A stretch of DNA of 40,955 bases from Candidatus Micrarchaeota archaeon (GTDB lineage: Archaea; Micrarchaeota; Micrarchaeia; Anstonellales; Bilamarchaeaceae). Positions 9,561-18,913 of this stretch are shown here, in pieces; the stretch's first letter is position 1, and every line of letters begins with the position of its first letter. The notes under the pieces are model-generated. The model was given only the letters and a program-made list of their open reading frames with translations. It did no database searches and was not told where the DNA came from. The position numbers were made by a program, and so were the translations under genes. The stretch is taken from NCBI GenBank assembly GCA_043816005.1, contig JBDRIM010000052.1, positions 1-40,955 on the forward strand, written 5' to 3'.

Positions 9561-9567
9561 TTTCTCG

Positions 9568-10404
9568 ATGAAAGGAATTAAACTTGCCGGGTTGAACGGC
9601 AGTGGAAGAACAATAGTGCGTGTTGGTGATGTTAAGATCGGACAGGGTTTCACGATAATTGCAGGTCCATGTAGTGTTGAAAGTGAAGAGCAACTACTAG
9701 AAACAGCAAGAGCAGTGAAAGAAGCAGGGGCAGATATGCTTAGAGGGGGAGCATTCAAACCAAGAACATCACCTTATGCATTTCAGGGACTTGGACTTCG
9801 AGGTTTGAAGATACTTGAAAAGGCAAGGGATGAGACTGGATTGCCAATAGTAACTGAGGTTATTGACACAAGAGATGTTTCATGGGTATGTGAATACGCA
9901 GATGTTCTTCAGATAGGCGCAAGGAACATGCAGAATTTCTCTTTACTAAAAGAAGTTGGTAAGGCAAACAAACCAATTCTACTGAAGAGAGGGATGTATT
10001 CTACCATTGAAGAGTGGTTGAACTGTGCTGAGTATATATTAAATGATGGTAATCCCGATGTTATCTTATGCGAACGTGGGATAAGAACATTTGAAACATA
10101 TACTAGGAACACTCTTGATTTGAGTTCAGTTCCAGCAGTGAAAGAATTGACACACCTACCAGTTATCACTGATCCAACACATGGAACAGGAAGACTAAGT
10201 TTGATCCAGCCAATGAGTCTTGCTTCTGTTGCATGTGGAGCAGATGGTATGATTGTAGAGGTCCATAGAAACCCACCGGAGGCACTTAGTGACAAAGATC
10301 AGGCGTTGACGCCTCCACAATTTTCTGAGCTAGCCAAGAATGTAAGGCAACTTAGGGAATATATGGATAGTAAGAGTTCCAAATTGAAAGAGGGTGTAAA
10401 ATGA
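9568..10404 (+). CDS. aroF: 3-deoxy-7-phosphoheptulonate (DAHP) synthase, type I-beta, no N-terminal regulatory domain
   Basis: [29 protein letters not shown] and [10 protein letters not shown] motifs. Start at ATG 9568 after GGAGGT. Confidence 0.95.
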   Translation: MKGIKLAGLNGSGRTIVRVGDVKIGQGFTIIAGPCSVESEEQLLETARAVKEAGADMLRGGAFKPRTSPYAFQGLGLRGLKILEKARDETGLPIVTEVIDTRDVSWVCEYADVLQIGARNMQNFSLLKEVGKANKPILLKRGMYSTIEEWLNCAEYILNDGNPDVILCERGIRTFETYTRNTLDLSSVPAVKELTHLPVITDPTHGTGRLSLIQPMSLASVACGADGMIVEVHRNPPEALSDKDQALTPPQFSELAKNVRQLREYMDSKSSKLKEGVK

Positions 10405-11417
10405 GAATTATGGAACTAAAGGCAGGAACAAATTGCCAGATCATACTTGGTGATTCGATTGACAATCTCAAAAGCCATTGCAACGGCAGGGTGATAGTAA
10501 TAACTGATAGTAATATCAGAAAATTGCATGGTGACAAGTTCAAAGGCCTTGAAGTAATAGAGATAGGAATTGGGGAAAATAACAAAACACTTGAAACTGT
10601 TGAAAAAATTTACAAAACGCTTCTTGAACTTGAAGTAGATAGATCTACATTTATCGTTGGTATTGGTGGAGGAATTGTATGTGACATTAGTGGATTCGTT
10701 GCATCAACTTACTTAAGAGGATTGAATTTTGGTTTTGTCCCAACAACGCTACTTGCACAAGTCGATGCATGTATTGGAGGTAAAAACGGAGTAAACCTTG
10801 ATAGTTACAAAAATCTTATAGGAGTTATCAGACAACCAAAATTCTGCTTATACGATTTTGAATTGTTAAGGACCCTTCCAGCAGGGGAATTGAGATGTGG
10901 GTTTGCTGAAGTTATCAAACAGGCAGCAATAGGAGATGGGATACTTTTCTCCTATCTCGAGGCAAATGTAGAAAAAGCGCTTTCACTCCACCGTACTACA
11001 ATAGAAAAAATAATTCATGATTCTATACTCGTAAAGACCAAAATTGTTGAGAAGGATGAACTTGAAAAAAATGAAAGGATAAAACTGAATTTTGGGCACA
11101 CGCTTGGCCACGCAATTGAAAAAACAACACAAAAAAAACATGGGGAAGCCATTGCAATCGGAATGGTCATTGCATCAAAATTATCAGTAAAAAAAGGACT
11201 GTTAGAAAAGAACGACGCTGATAGATTAGAAAATTTACTTGTGCAATTCGGTCTTCCGACAAAAATTGAAGGAACAAAACTTGGTGATGCAATTAGAAAA
11301 GATAAGAAAAGGTTTGGTGGGAAGATAAAAATGGCCCTTCTCGAGGCTATCGGAGAGGCAGTAATATGTGAAATAGATATTACTGAAGTGGAGGCGATTA
11401 TCAATGATCTGCGTTAG
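10401..11417 (+). CDS. aroB: 3-dehydroquinate synthase
   Basis: [24 protein letters not shown] and [12 protein letters not shown] motifs. Confidence 0.95.
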   Translation: MRIMELKAGTNCQIILGDSIDNLKSHCNGRVIVITDSNIRKLHGDKFKGLEVIEIGIGENNKTLETVEKIYKTLLELEVDRSTFIVGIGGGIVCDISGFVASTYLRGLNFGFVPTTLLAQVDACIGGKNGVNLDSYKNLIGVIRQPKFCLYDFELLRTLPAGELRCGFAEVIKQAAIGDGILFSYLEANVEKALSLHRTTIEKIIHDSILVKTKIVEKDELEKNERIKLNFGHTLGHAIEKTTQKKHGEAIAIGMVIASKLSVKKGLLEKNDADRLENLLVQFGLPTKIEGTKLGDAIRKDKKRFGGKIKMALLEAIGEAVICEIDITEVEAIINDLR

Positions 11418-12048
11418 TATAGCCGAATCGGATTTGGAAGGTTGTTTGAAAGCAATGCATGGGTTAGAGATGGCAGAGATACGTTTGGATAAACTGAATG
11501 AACCAAAAGATGAAATAGTAAAGAAAATATTCACCCAGCCATTAAAATTAATAGCAACGTGCAGACCAGAAGCAGGTGATGATGAGAGAAGAAAGAAGAT
11601 ACTTTTTACTGCTATTGACAACGGAGCTGCTTTTGTAGATATTGAAGTTGATTGTAGAGATGATTACAAAAAAGCAATTGTTGAGAGAGCAAAGAAAAAG
11701 GATTGTAAGGTCATTATCTCTTTTCATGATCATAAAAAAACCCCACCATCAGCAGAACTTGAACAAATAGTCGATTGGTGTTTCCAGTCAGGAGCTGACA
11801 TAGCAAAGATAGCGTGCATGGTAAATTCTAATAAAGATAATGCCAAACTTCTTGGACTTCTTGACAGCGAACGTAATATGGTCGTTATTGGAATGGGAGT
11901 AAAAGGTAGAATAACAAGGGTAATTGCACCACTGCTTGGAAGTGTGTTTACTTTTGCAGCATCAGAAAAAGGAAAGGAAACAGCAGATGGACAGTTAACA
12001 AAGAATGAAATTGAACAACTAATGCAACAAATAGATGTGATAAAATGA
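11404..12048 (+). CDS. aroD: Type I 3-dehydroquinate dehydratase
   Basis: EIRLD, IATCR, IISFHD..TP, GADIAKIA and IGMG..GRITR motifs. Confidence 0.92.
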   Translation: MICVSIAESDLEGCLKAMHGLEMAEIRLDKLNEPKDEIVKKIFTQPLKLIATCRPEAGDDERRKKILFTAIDNGAAFVDIEVDCRDDYKKAIVERAKKKDCKVIISFHDHKKTPPSAELEQIVDWCFQSGADIAKIACMVNSNKDNAKLLGLLDSERNMVVIGMGVKGRITRVIAPLLGSVFTFAASEKGKETADGQLTKNEIEQLMQQIDVIK

Positions 12049-13331
12049 CTGATATTTTTGCTGTTGTTGGAAAACCAGTATTACATAGCAGAAGTCCGCA
12101 AATGATGAATTCTGTTTTTCAAGCTCTTGGTATTGATGCAATTTACACAAGATTAGCTGCAGAAAGTGCTGAACAAGCACTTGAAACTGCAAAAGCAATT
12201 GGGATGAAGGCACTGAATATAACAACACCATTCAAACAAGAGATGGCAGGATTAGTTGAACTTGATGGTGTTGCAAAAAAGCTTGGTGCAGTTAATACTG
12301 TTTTATTTTATGAAGATGGCAAGATTTTGGGTATCAACACAGATGTCGATGGAGTAGTAGGGGCATTTTCATCTGTTGACATCAAAAACAAAAAAGCAGT
12401 TGTGCTTGGTGCAGGTGGTGCAGCAAAGGCTGCAGTAGTAGGATTGCTTTCGATTGGTGCTGAGATAACAGTGGTAAATAGAAGTGTGGAAAAAGCAGAA
12501 GAAATTAGCAACACATTCGGATGCAAATACGCTTCACTAACTGACTTGAAATCAGCCTTGGAGGGTTGTACTATCCTAGTATCTGCTCTGAGTACATACG
12601 AAAGAGTTGTACCGCCAGAACTTTTGAAAAAAGAAATGGTAGTTTTTGATGCGAATTATGCAAAAGAAACACAACTGTTAAAAGATGCAAAAGAAGCTGG
12701 GTGTAAAACAATTGATGGAACGGAATGGCTAGCACACCATGGAGTTAAAGTTTTTGAGATATTCACTGGTAAAAAAGTGTCATTAGAAATAATAAAAAAA
12801 GCAATAGAACAACAAACAAAAAAACCAACCAACACCGCACTTATCGGTATGATGGGAAGTGGCAAAACCGCCAATGCAATAGAACTAGCAGAGATTACAG
12901 GAAAGGGAATTTTTGATAGTGACCATGAAATAGAAAGACAAACTGAACAGAAGATAACTGTAATATTTAGAGAAGAAGGTGAAGAAAAATTCAGAGTCAT
13001 GGAATCAGAGCAGATGAGAAAATTGGATAATATAAAGGAAAAGATAATTGCATGTGGTGGTGGGGTTGTCCTACATCCAGAAAACATAGAATTACTTAGA
13101 AAAAATGCACTAGTTGTTTGGTTATGGGCAACACCAGAAACAATAGAAAAAAGAGTGGATGGTAAAGAACGTCCACTACTGAACGTTGCCAATCGTAGCG
13201 AGACCATCAAAAAAATACTGGAAACAAGAAAATCACTTTATGCAAAGGCAGCTGATGTGATAATAGCAACGGATAAACTCACACCAAAACAGATTACAGA
13301 GAGGATTTTATATGAAAGTAATGCCTGGTAG
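12045..13331 (+). CDS. aroE: Shikimate dehydrogenase / shikimate kinase fusion (AroE-AroK)
   Basis: N-terminal HSRSP, NITTPFK, GAVNT, NTD and GAGGAA motifs. C-terminal GMMGSGKT P-loop, GEEKFR, ACGGG and RPLL motifs. Confidence 0.93.
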   Translation: MTDIFAVVGKPVLHSRSPQMMNSVFQALGIDAIYTRLAAESAEQALETAKAIGMKALNITTPFKQEMAGLVELDGVAKKLGAVNTVLFYEDGKILGINTDVDGVVGAFSSVDIKNKKAVVLGAGGAAKAAVVGLLSIGAEITVVNRSVEKAEEISNTFGCKYASLTDLKSALEGCTILVSALSTYERVVPPELLKKEMVVFDANYAKETQLLKDAKEAGCKTIDGTEWLAHHGVKVFEIFTGKKVSLEIIKKAIEQQTKKPTNTALIGMMGSGKTANAIELAEITGKGIFDSDHEIERQTEQKITVIFREEGEEKFRVMESEQMRKLDNIKEKIIACGGGVVLHPENIELLRKNALVVWLWATPETIEKRVDGKERPLLNVANRSETIKKILETRKSLYAKAADVIIATDKLTPKQITERILYESNAW

Positions 13332-14544
13332 TATCGCTGGTGAACTGAAAGCACCTTCATCAAAAAGTATGATGCAGCGCGCAGTTGCAATAGCAGCACT
13401 AGCCAAAGGCAAAACAACAATAACCAATCCATCTTTCTGCGATGACTCTCTAGCTGCAATTAGTATAGCTAAAGCACTTGGAGCAGAAATTGAAGTAAAA
13501 GAAGATAGTGTAATTGTCAATGCGACTAGAGAATTAAAATCAGATATAATTAATTGCAACGAATCAGGACTCTGTATGCGTATGTTCTCGCCAATAGCGG
13601 CGCTTTTTGACAAAGAAATAACATTAACTGGATCTGGTTCCTTGCTTTCACGCCCAGTAACAATGATCGAACAACCCCTAACTTTACTTGGTGCAGAAAT
13701 TAAAACAAACAATGGATTACCACCTGTACGAATAAAGGGACCGATCAGAGGCGGAAAAATAATAGTAGATGGAAGTATCAGCTCCCAGTTCATAAGCGGT
13801 TTGCTTATCGCATTGCCGTTGTGCAAAGAAGATTCTGAGATTGAGATTATTGATCTGAAAAGTAAAGGGTATGTTGCCATGACAGAATCTATGATTTTTA
13901 CTTTTGGAGCAAATGTACAGATTGACGATTTAATGAAAAAAGTAGTGGTCAATGGGAATCAATCCTATCATGGTAGAGAGTTTGCAGTTGATGGTGATTG
14001 GTCAGGATCATCGTTCCTTCTTGTTGCAGGCGCAATTGCAGGCGAAGTGAATGTAAATACACTAGGAAATAGCATGCAACCAGATCAACAAATTAAATCT
14101 GTTTTGATGGATGTCGGTGCTGAATTAGTATTGAATAGTGATGAAATTTTTGTCTCAAAATCTGAACTTCGTGCTTTTGAATTTGATGCAACCGACTCAC
14201 CAGATTTGTTTCCACCACTCGTAGCACTTGCATGCAATTGTAAAGGCAAAAGCGTAATTCATGGGGTTGAAAGATTAGCACATAAAGAGAGTAATCGCGC
14301 GCATGTACTCGTACACGAATTCACACGAATTGGAGCTGACATTAAGATAAATGGTAATAGAATGGAAATTACAGGCAAAAAACTTCGAGGAGGGATTGTT
14401 GATTCTAATGGCGATCACAGGATTGCAATGGCAGGTGCAGTTGCTGCACTTACGTCAGAGAATGGTGTTGAAATAAAAAATCCAGAATGCGTATCAAAAT
14501 CATATCCAGAATTTTTTGAAGATTTGAAGAGGTTAAGAACATGA
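13312..14544 (+). CDS. aroA: 3-phosphoshikimate 1-carboxyvinyltransferase (EPSP synthase)
   Basis: PSSKS, SSQFISGLL, HKESNR, DHRIAM and KSYPEFF motifs. Confidence 0.96.
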   Translation: MKVMPGSIAGELKAPSSKSMMQRAVAIAALAKGKTTITNPSFCDDSLAAISIAKALGAEIEVKEDSVIVNATRELKSDIINCNESGLCMRMFSPIAALFDKEITLTGSGSLLSRPVTMIEQPLTLLGAEIKTNNGLPPVRIKGPIRGGKIIVDGSISSQFISGLLIALPLCKEDSEIEIIDLKSKGYVAMTESMIFTFGANVQIDDLMKKVVVNGNQSYHGREFAVDGDWSGSSFLLVAGAIAGEVNVNTLGNSMQPDQQIKSVLMDVGAELVLNSDEIFVSKSELRAFEFDATDSPDLFPPLVALACNCKGKSVIHGVERLAHKESNRAHVLVHEFTRIGADIKINGNRMEITGKKLRGGIVDSNGDHRIAMAGAVAALTSENGVEIKNPECVSKSYPEFFEDLKRLRT

Positions 14545-15536
14545 ATACTTTTGGGAGAATGTTTAGAATTAGTATATTCGGAGAATCGCACGGGCCATGC
14601 GTCGGCGTAGTTATTGATGGCTGTCCTGCAGGAGTGCATCTTAGTAATGATGAATTTAAAAGTGACCTGGAACGCAGACAAGGCGGTGTGAAAGGAACTA
14701 CAACAAGAAAGGAAGCAGACTTACCAATGATAAAAAGCGGGGTGCTTAATGGAAAGACTACTGGTGCACCAATTATGATTGAATTTCAAAATAAGAATGT
14801 TGATTCAACTACATATGAGAAAATAAAAAACACACCAAGACCAGGACATGCTGATTTGACAGGAGTACAAAAATTTGGTGGATTTAACGATTTACGTGGT
14901 GGAGGACACTTTTCAGGACGATTGACTGTTGGTTTGGTAGCAGCAGGAGTGATTGCAAAAAAACTTATTACACCAGCAAAAATTGATGCAAAATTAATTG
15001 AAACAGGTGGAACAACAGAAATTGAACGTTCTGTTAGTACAGCATTGGAAGATGGAGATTCGGTTGGTGGGATTATAGAATGTAGAACAAATGGACTTCC
15101 AGTTGGATTAGGTGAACCATTTTTTGATTCTGTTGAATCCCTCATAAGTCATATTGTTTTCTCGATACCTGCTATCAAAGGCATTGAATTTGGTGCTGGT
15201 TTTGCATGTGCAAATATGAAAGGCAGTGAATGTAATGACGAGATTTTGGATAGTAGTGGAAAAACTAGAACGAACAATGCAGGTGGTTTGAATGGTGGGA
15301 TTACGAATGGCAATGAACTTTTATTTAGGGTAGCCGTAAAACCAACATCAAGCATCAAAAAAACAGGAAAAACAATTGATTTGAAAACCAATGAACAAAG
15401 TGAGATTTCTGTCGAGGGTAGACATGATTGTTGTATTGCACTTAGGATGCCAGTTATAATTGAAGCAGTAACTGCAGTAGTACTTGCAGATAGTATGATG
15501 ATGGAACAAAAAATATTGAGAATGATGAAAAAATAG
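14541..15536 (+). CDS. aroC: Chorismate synthase
   Basis: FGESHG, PRPGHAD, GGHFSGR, KPTSSI and GRHD motifs. Confidence 0.96.
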   Translation: MNTFGRMFRISIFGESHGPCVGVVIDGCPAGVHLSNDEFKSDLERRQGGVKGTTTRKEADLPMIKSGVLNGKTTGAPIMIEFQNKNVDSTTYEKIKNTPRPGHADLTGVQKFGGFNDLRGGGHFSGRLTVGLVAAGVIAKKLITPAKIDAKLIETGGTTEIERSVSTALEDGDSVGGIIECRTNGLPVGLGEPFFDSVESLISHIVFSIPAIKGIEFGAGFACANMKGSECNDEILDSSGKTRTNNAGGLNGGITNGNELLFRVAVKPTSSIKKTGKTIDLKTNEQSEISVEGRHDCCIALRMPVIIEAVTAVVLADSMMMEQKILRMMKK

Positions 15537-15547
15537 AGGTTGTAAAA

Positions 15548-16602
15548 ATGGAATTAGAAGAATTACGGAAAAAAATAGATGGGATTGATTCAGAAATATT
15601 AAAATTACTAAATAAAAGAATGGAATTTGCATTAAGAACAAGAAAACTAAAAAAACAAGTTACAGATAAACCAAGAGAAGATAGCATATTGCACAAAGTG
15701 AAAAAACAAAGAGGACTGCTTAGACCTGATTTTTCTGGAAAGATATATAGTGAAATAATTGATGAATCTAAAAGACTTCAGGATCAAAATCCAAAACTAA
15801 TAGGTTTCCAAGGAGAACATGGAGCATTCAGTGAAGTGGCATCTATAGCATACAATCGGCTGTTAGTACCAGTTCCATGTAATGAATTCAGTGATGTTTT
15901 TACTGGAGTGGAAAATGGACAGATAGATTTCGGAATTGTGCCTGTTGAAAATTCATTGGGCGGGGCAGTTGCTCAAGTAAATGATCTTCTTGTTGAAACG
16001 GATTTGAGAATAGTTGGTGAAATTAAAATACCAATACACCACTGCCTTCTTACCCTTCCAGAAACAGACTATCGTGAGATAAAAGTCGTATATTCCCATC
16101 CGCAAGCATTGTCACAATGTAGGGGTTTCATTGCAAGAAACAAACTTGAATCACGACCGTATTATGATACGGCAGGAGCAGCAATGATGATTTCAAATGA
16201 AAGACCAACGGCCGCAGCTGCCATAGCAAGCAGACTTTGTGCTGAAATTTATGGATTAGAAGTCCTAAAAGAAGATATCGAAGACCATGAAACAAATTTT
16301 ACCAGGTTTGTAATATTATCACGTGAAAAGAATGAAAAAGAGGGGATAAGTGTTCTGTTGTTTTTTCCACTGCACATAAATCAGGTGCACTTTTCAGTGT
16401 GTTGAAAATATTCTCAGATGCAGGATTAAATCTCACTAGGATAGAATCAAGACCAATAGCTAAGGACCCAGGAAAATTTGGTTTTCTACTTGATTTCCAA
16501 GGCTCTGATGAGGATGACAAAGTTAAGAGTGCTTTTGAGAGGATCAAAAAAGAAACAACAAGATTCAAATTGTTGGGATGTTACAAGGAGATGGAAAGAT
16601 GA
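15548..16602 (+). CDS. pheA: Chorismate mutase / prephenate dehydratase (P-protein), interrupted by a -1 frameshift at about 16336-16345 before the ACT domain
   Basis: CM domain (LEELRKKIDGID), PDT motifs (GFQGEHGAFSE, PVENS, SHPQALSQC, NFTRF). The ACT domain (GDKCSVVFSTAHKSGALFSVL...NLTRIESRP) continues in the -1 frame to TGA 16602. Confidence 0.88.
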
Positions 16603-17369
16603 GAATTGCAATTATAGGCGTAGGAAAAATGGGTTCGTGGTTGGCTAAAGAACTATCCAACGAACATGAGATCGCATTGTACGATAGCGATGAGAAAAAA
16701 GCAAAAGCACTGGGAATTGGAAGAGTGCTTAGCGAGCTGTCAGACATTAAAAAATTCTCACCAGAACTTGTAATAAATGCAGTAAGCCTTCAACATACTG
16801 TAAGTGCTTTTGAAAAAATGGAAAAATATTTGCCAAACTGTTTGATAGTAGATGTTGCATCTATAAAGGGAGAGATACCAAAATACTACGAAAGATCAGG
16901 TTTGAGATTTGTATCTATACACCCAATGTTCGGGCCGACTTTTGCAAATGTAGAGTCTCTTTCAAATGAGAATATTGTAATAATCAAAGAATCTGACCGA
17001 AATGGTGCAGTATTTTTTGAAAGTCTTGCAAAAAGAATTGGGTTAAACATTTCTTATTATACTTTCAAAGAACATGATGAGATGATGGCATATTCACTCA
17101 CACTTCCGTTTGCTTCAAGTATGGTTTTTGCAGCGTCCATGGATTCTAAAACCGTTCCTGGTGCAACATTCAAAAAGCACAGAACTATTGCAAGAGGACT
17201 TCTGTCGGAGGATGATAGCTTGCTTAGTGAGATTTTGTTCAATAAATATTCACTTATCCAACTTGAGAAAGTCACTGCAAGATTGGAATTCCTGAAGCAT
17301 GTGATAAAAGGAAATGATTATGACGAGGCAAAAAAATTCTTCGATAAACTTAGAAAAAATGTAGGGTAA
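16599..17369 (+). CDS. tyrA: Prephenate dehydrogenase
   Basis: MRIAIIGVGKMG Rossmann motif, DVASIK, HPMFGP and EHDEMMA. ATG overlaps the pheA stop (ATGA). Confidence 0.92.
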   Translation: MRIAIIGVGKMGSWLAKELSNEHEIALYDSDEKKAKALGIGRVLSELSDIKKFSPELVINAVSLQHTVSAFEKMEKYLPNCLIVDVASIKGEIPKYYERSGLRFVSIHPMFGPTFANVESLSNENIVIIKESDRNGAVFFESLAKRIGLNISYYTFKEHDEMMAYSLTLPFASSMVFAASMDSKTVPGATFKKHRTIARGLLSEDDSLLSEILFNKYSLIQLEKVTARLEFLKHVIKGNDYDEAKKFFDKLRKNVG

Positions 17370-17373
17370 TTTT

Positions 17374-17829
17374 TTGGTTAGGATCAGGAATTTTACAAAA
17401 GAAGATGCTAATGAGGTAGCACGACTCATAAGAACCACATTATGCAAAGTGAATGCAAAATACTACCCTAAAAGTACCATACATAACCTCATAAAAAACT
17501 ATTCAGCAAAAATACTTGTTGATAAAAGTAAAACAAGATCGATGTTTGTCGCAATGCTAAAAAATAAAATCGTAGGGACGGTTCAACTCACCGATGATGG
17601 CTGGATATGTGCAATGGTCATACGTCTAGGACATCAAAATCAAGGGATTGGTACTAGACTTTTGGAAAAAGTAGATTGTATTGCCAGGAAAAAAAAGTTT
17701 GATGCACTTCGTGCGCATGTGGCGATAAATTCCATTGGGTTCTATAAAAAATTAGGATTTCGAATTGTTAAAATGGTTACATTTAAAGAAGCAGGAAGAA
17801 CTTATAGAATCATAAAAAAATTGAGATGA
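17374..17829 (+). CDS. GNAT family N-acetyltransferase
   Basis: HQNQGIGTRLL (motif A) and FYKKLGF. Confidence 0.85.
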   Translation: MVRIRNFTKEDANEVARLIRTTLCKVNAKYYPKSTIHNLIKNYSAKILVDKSKTRSMFVAMLKNKIVGTVQLTDDGWICAMVIRLGHQNQGIGTRLLEKVDCIARKKKFDALRAHVAINSIGFYKKLGFRIVKMVTFKEAGRTYRIIKKLR

Positions 17830-17833
17830 TACC

Positions 17834-18883
17834 ATGGTTGGTTTCTACGAACTTGCAGAAAAAGCACTTTTAATGGAGAATGCAGGGAAGAAAGTGATAC
17901 GCCTAAATGTTGGCGATACGAATCTTCCAACCCCACAATGTGCAATAGATGCTGCAATTGCAAGAATAAAATCGGATAAGGTAGGGTATGGACCTGCTGC
18001 AGGACTTCCTGAACTTAGAAAAAAGATTGCAGAAAGAGAAAATTGCGATATTTCAAATGTTGTTGTTGGTTCAGGATCAAAAATATTGCTTCATGGATTG
18101 CTCACAATTCTTGGAAAAAAGAGTGTTATAGTTAATGCTCCATATTGGCCTGCCTATAGGCTCATCTGCAATCAATTGAATTTGAAAATCAAAGAAAACA
18201 ATACAAAAATAGAAAAAAAATGGGAACTTAGCATTCCAAAATTCAATTCGGAAGATGTAATGATATTATGCAATCCGAATAATCCAACAAGCACAAATTA
18301 TGATGAACGGATAGTTAATGAAACAATAGAAAATGCAGAGAAAAATAATGCAACTGTGATTCTAGATGAAGCATACAAGGGACTGAGTTTCAAAAAAATG
18401 CCACAGTATGAAAATGCAATCAGAATCAGATCATTTTCAAAAGAATTCAACATGGAAGGTTGGAGACTTGGATATGTTGTAGCTTCAAAAGAAATAGCGA
18501 CCAAGCTAACTGCATTTAACCAAATAAGCACCACGTGTACACCTGCATTTATTCAAAAAGCAGGATTTGCGTGCCTTGAGAATGAAAAAGAAATTTTAAG
18601 TGCAAACACAAAGATATGGATGGAACGATCTCTTGCAACTCAATCATCACTGAAAAAAGCAAAATTTGAATTTACAAAACCAGATGCTGGGATTTACATA
18701 TTTACAACCCATCCGGATATTGATGAAAAATTCGTAATGAAACTTCTTGAAAACGAAGTTGTTGTTGCCCCTGGAAACGAATTCGGAGAGAATTATAAGA
18801 AATTTGTGAGGATTTGTATCAATCAACCTGAAGAGATAATGAGTCATGCAATAAGAATGATGGAAAAAACACTTGTCAGTTAG
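17834..18883 (+). CDS. Class I/II PLP-dependent aminotransferase (likely aromatic amino acid aminotransferase)
   Basis: GLPELR, NPNNPT, LDEAY and SFSKEFNMEGWRLG motifs; last gene of the aro operon. Confidence 0.88.
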   Translation: MVGFYELAEKALLMENAGKKVIRLNVGDTNLPTPQCAIDAAIARIKSDKVGYGPAAGLPELRKKIAERENCDISNVVVGSGSKILLHGLLTILGKKSVIVNAPYWPAYRLICNQLNLKIKENNTKIEKKWELSIPKFNSEDVMILCNPNNPTSTNYDERIVNETIENAEKNNATVILDEAYKGLSFKKMPQYENAIRIRSFSKEFNMEGWRLGYVVASKEIATKLTAFNQISTTCTPAFIQKAGFACLENEKEILSANTKIWMERSLATQSSLKKAKFEFTKPDAGIYIFTTHPDIDEKFVMKLLENEVVVAPGNEFGENYKKFVRICINQPEEIMSHAIRMMEKTLVS

Positions 18884-18913
18884 ATTAAAAAACAAAACAG
18901 GAGAGAGAATAGC

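Noticed and set aside
9529..9567. ORF-track N-terminal extension of aroF (GTG 9529)
   Set aside because: The strong SD GGAGGT sits before ATG 9568, and the extension overlaps the leader structure. The long starts given for trpY, tyrA, sepF, the TrmB-like gene, eno and AbiEii were trimmed for similar reasons.
16399..16602. Independent 67-aa gene
   Set aside because: It is the distal part of the PheA ACT domain; homology extends upstream of its GTG in the same frame.
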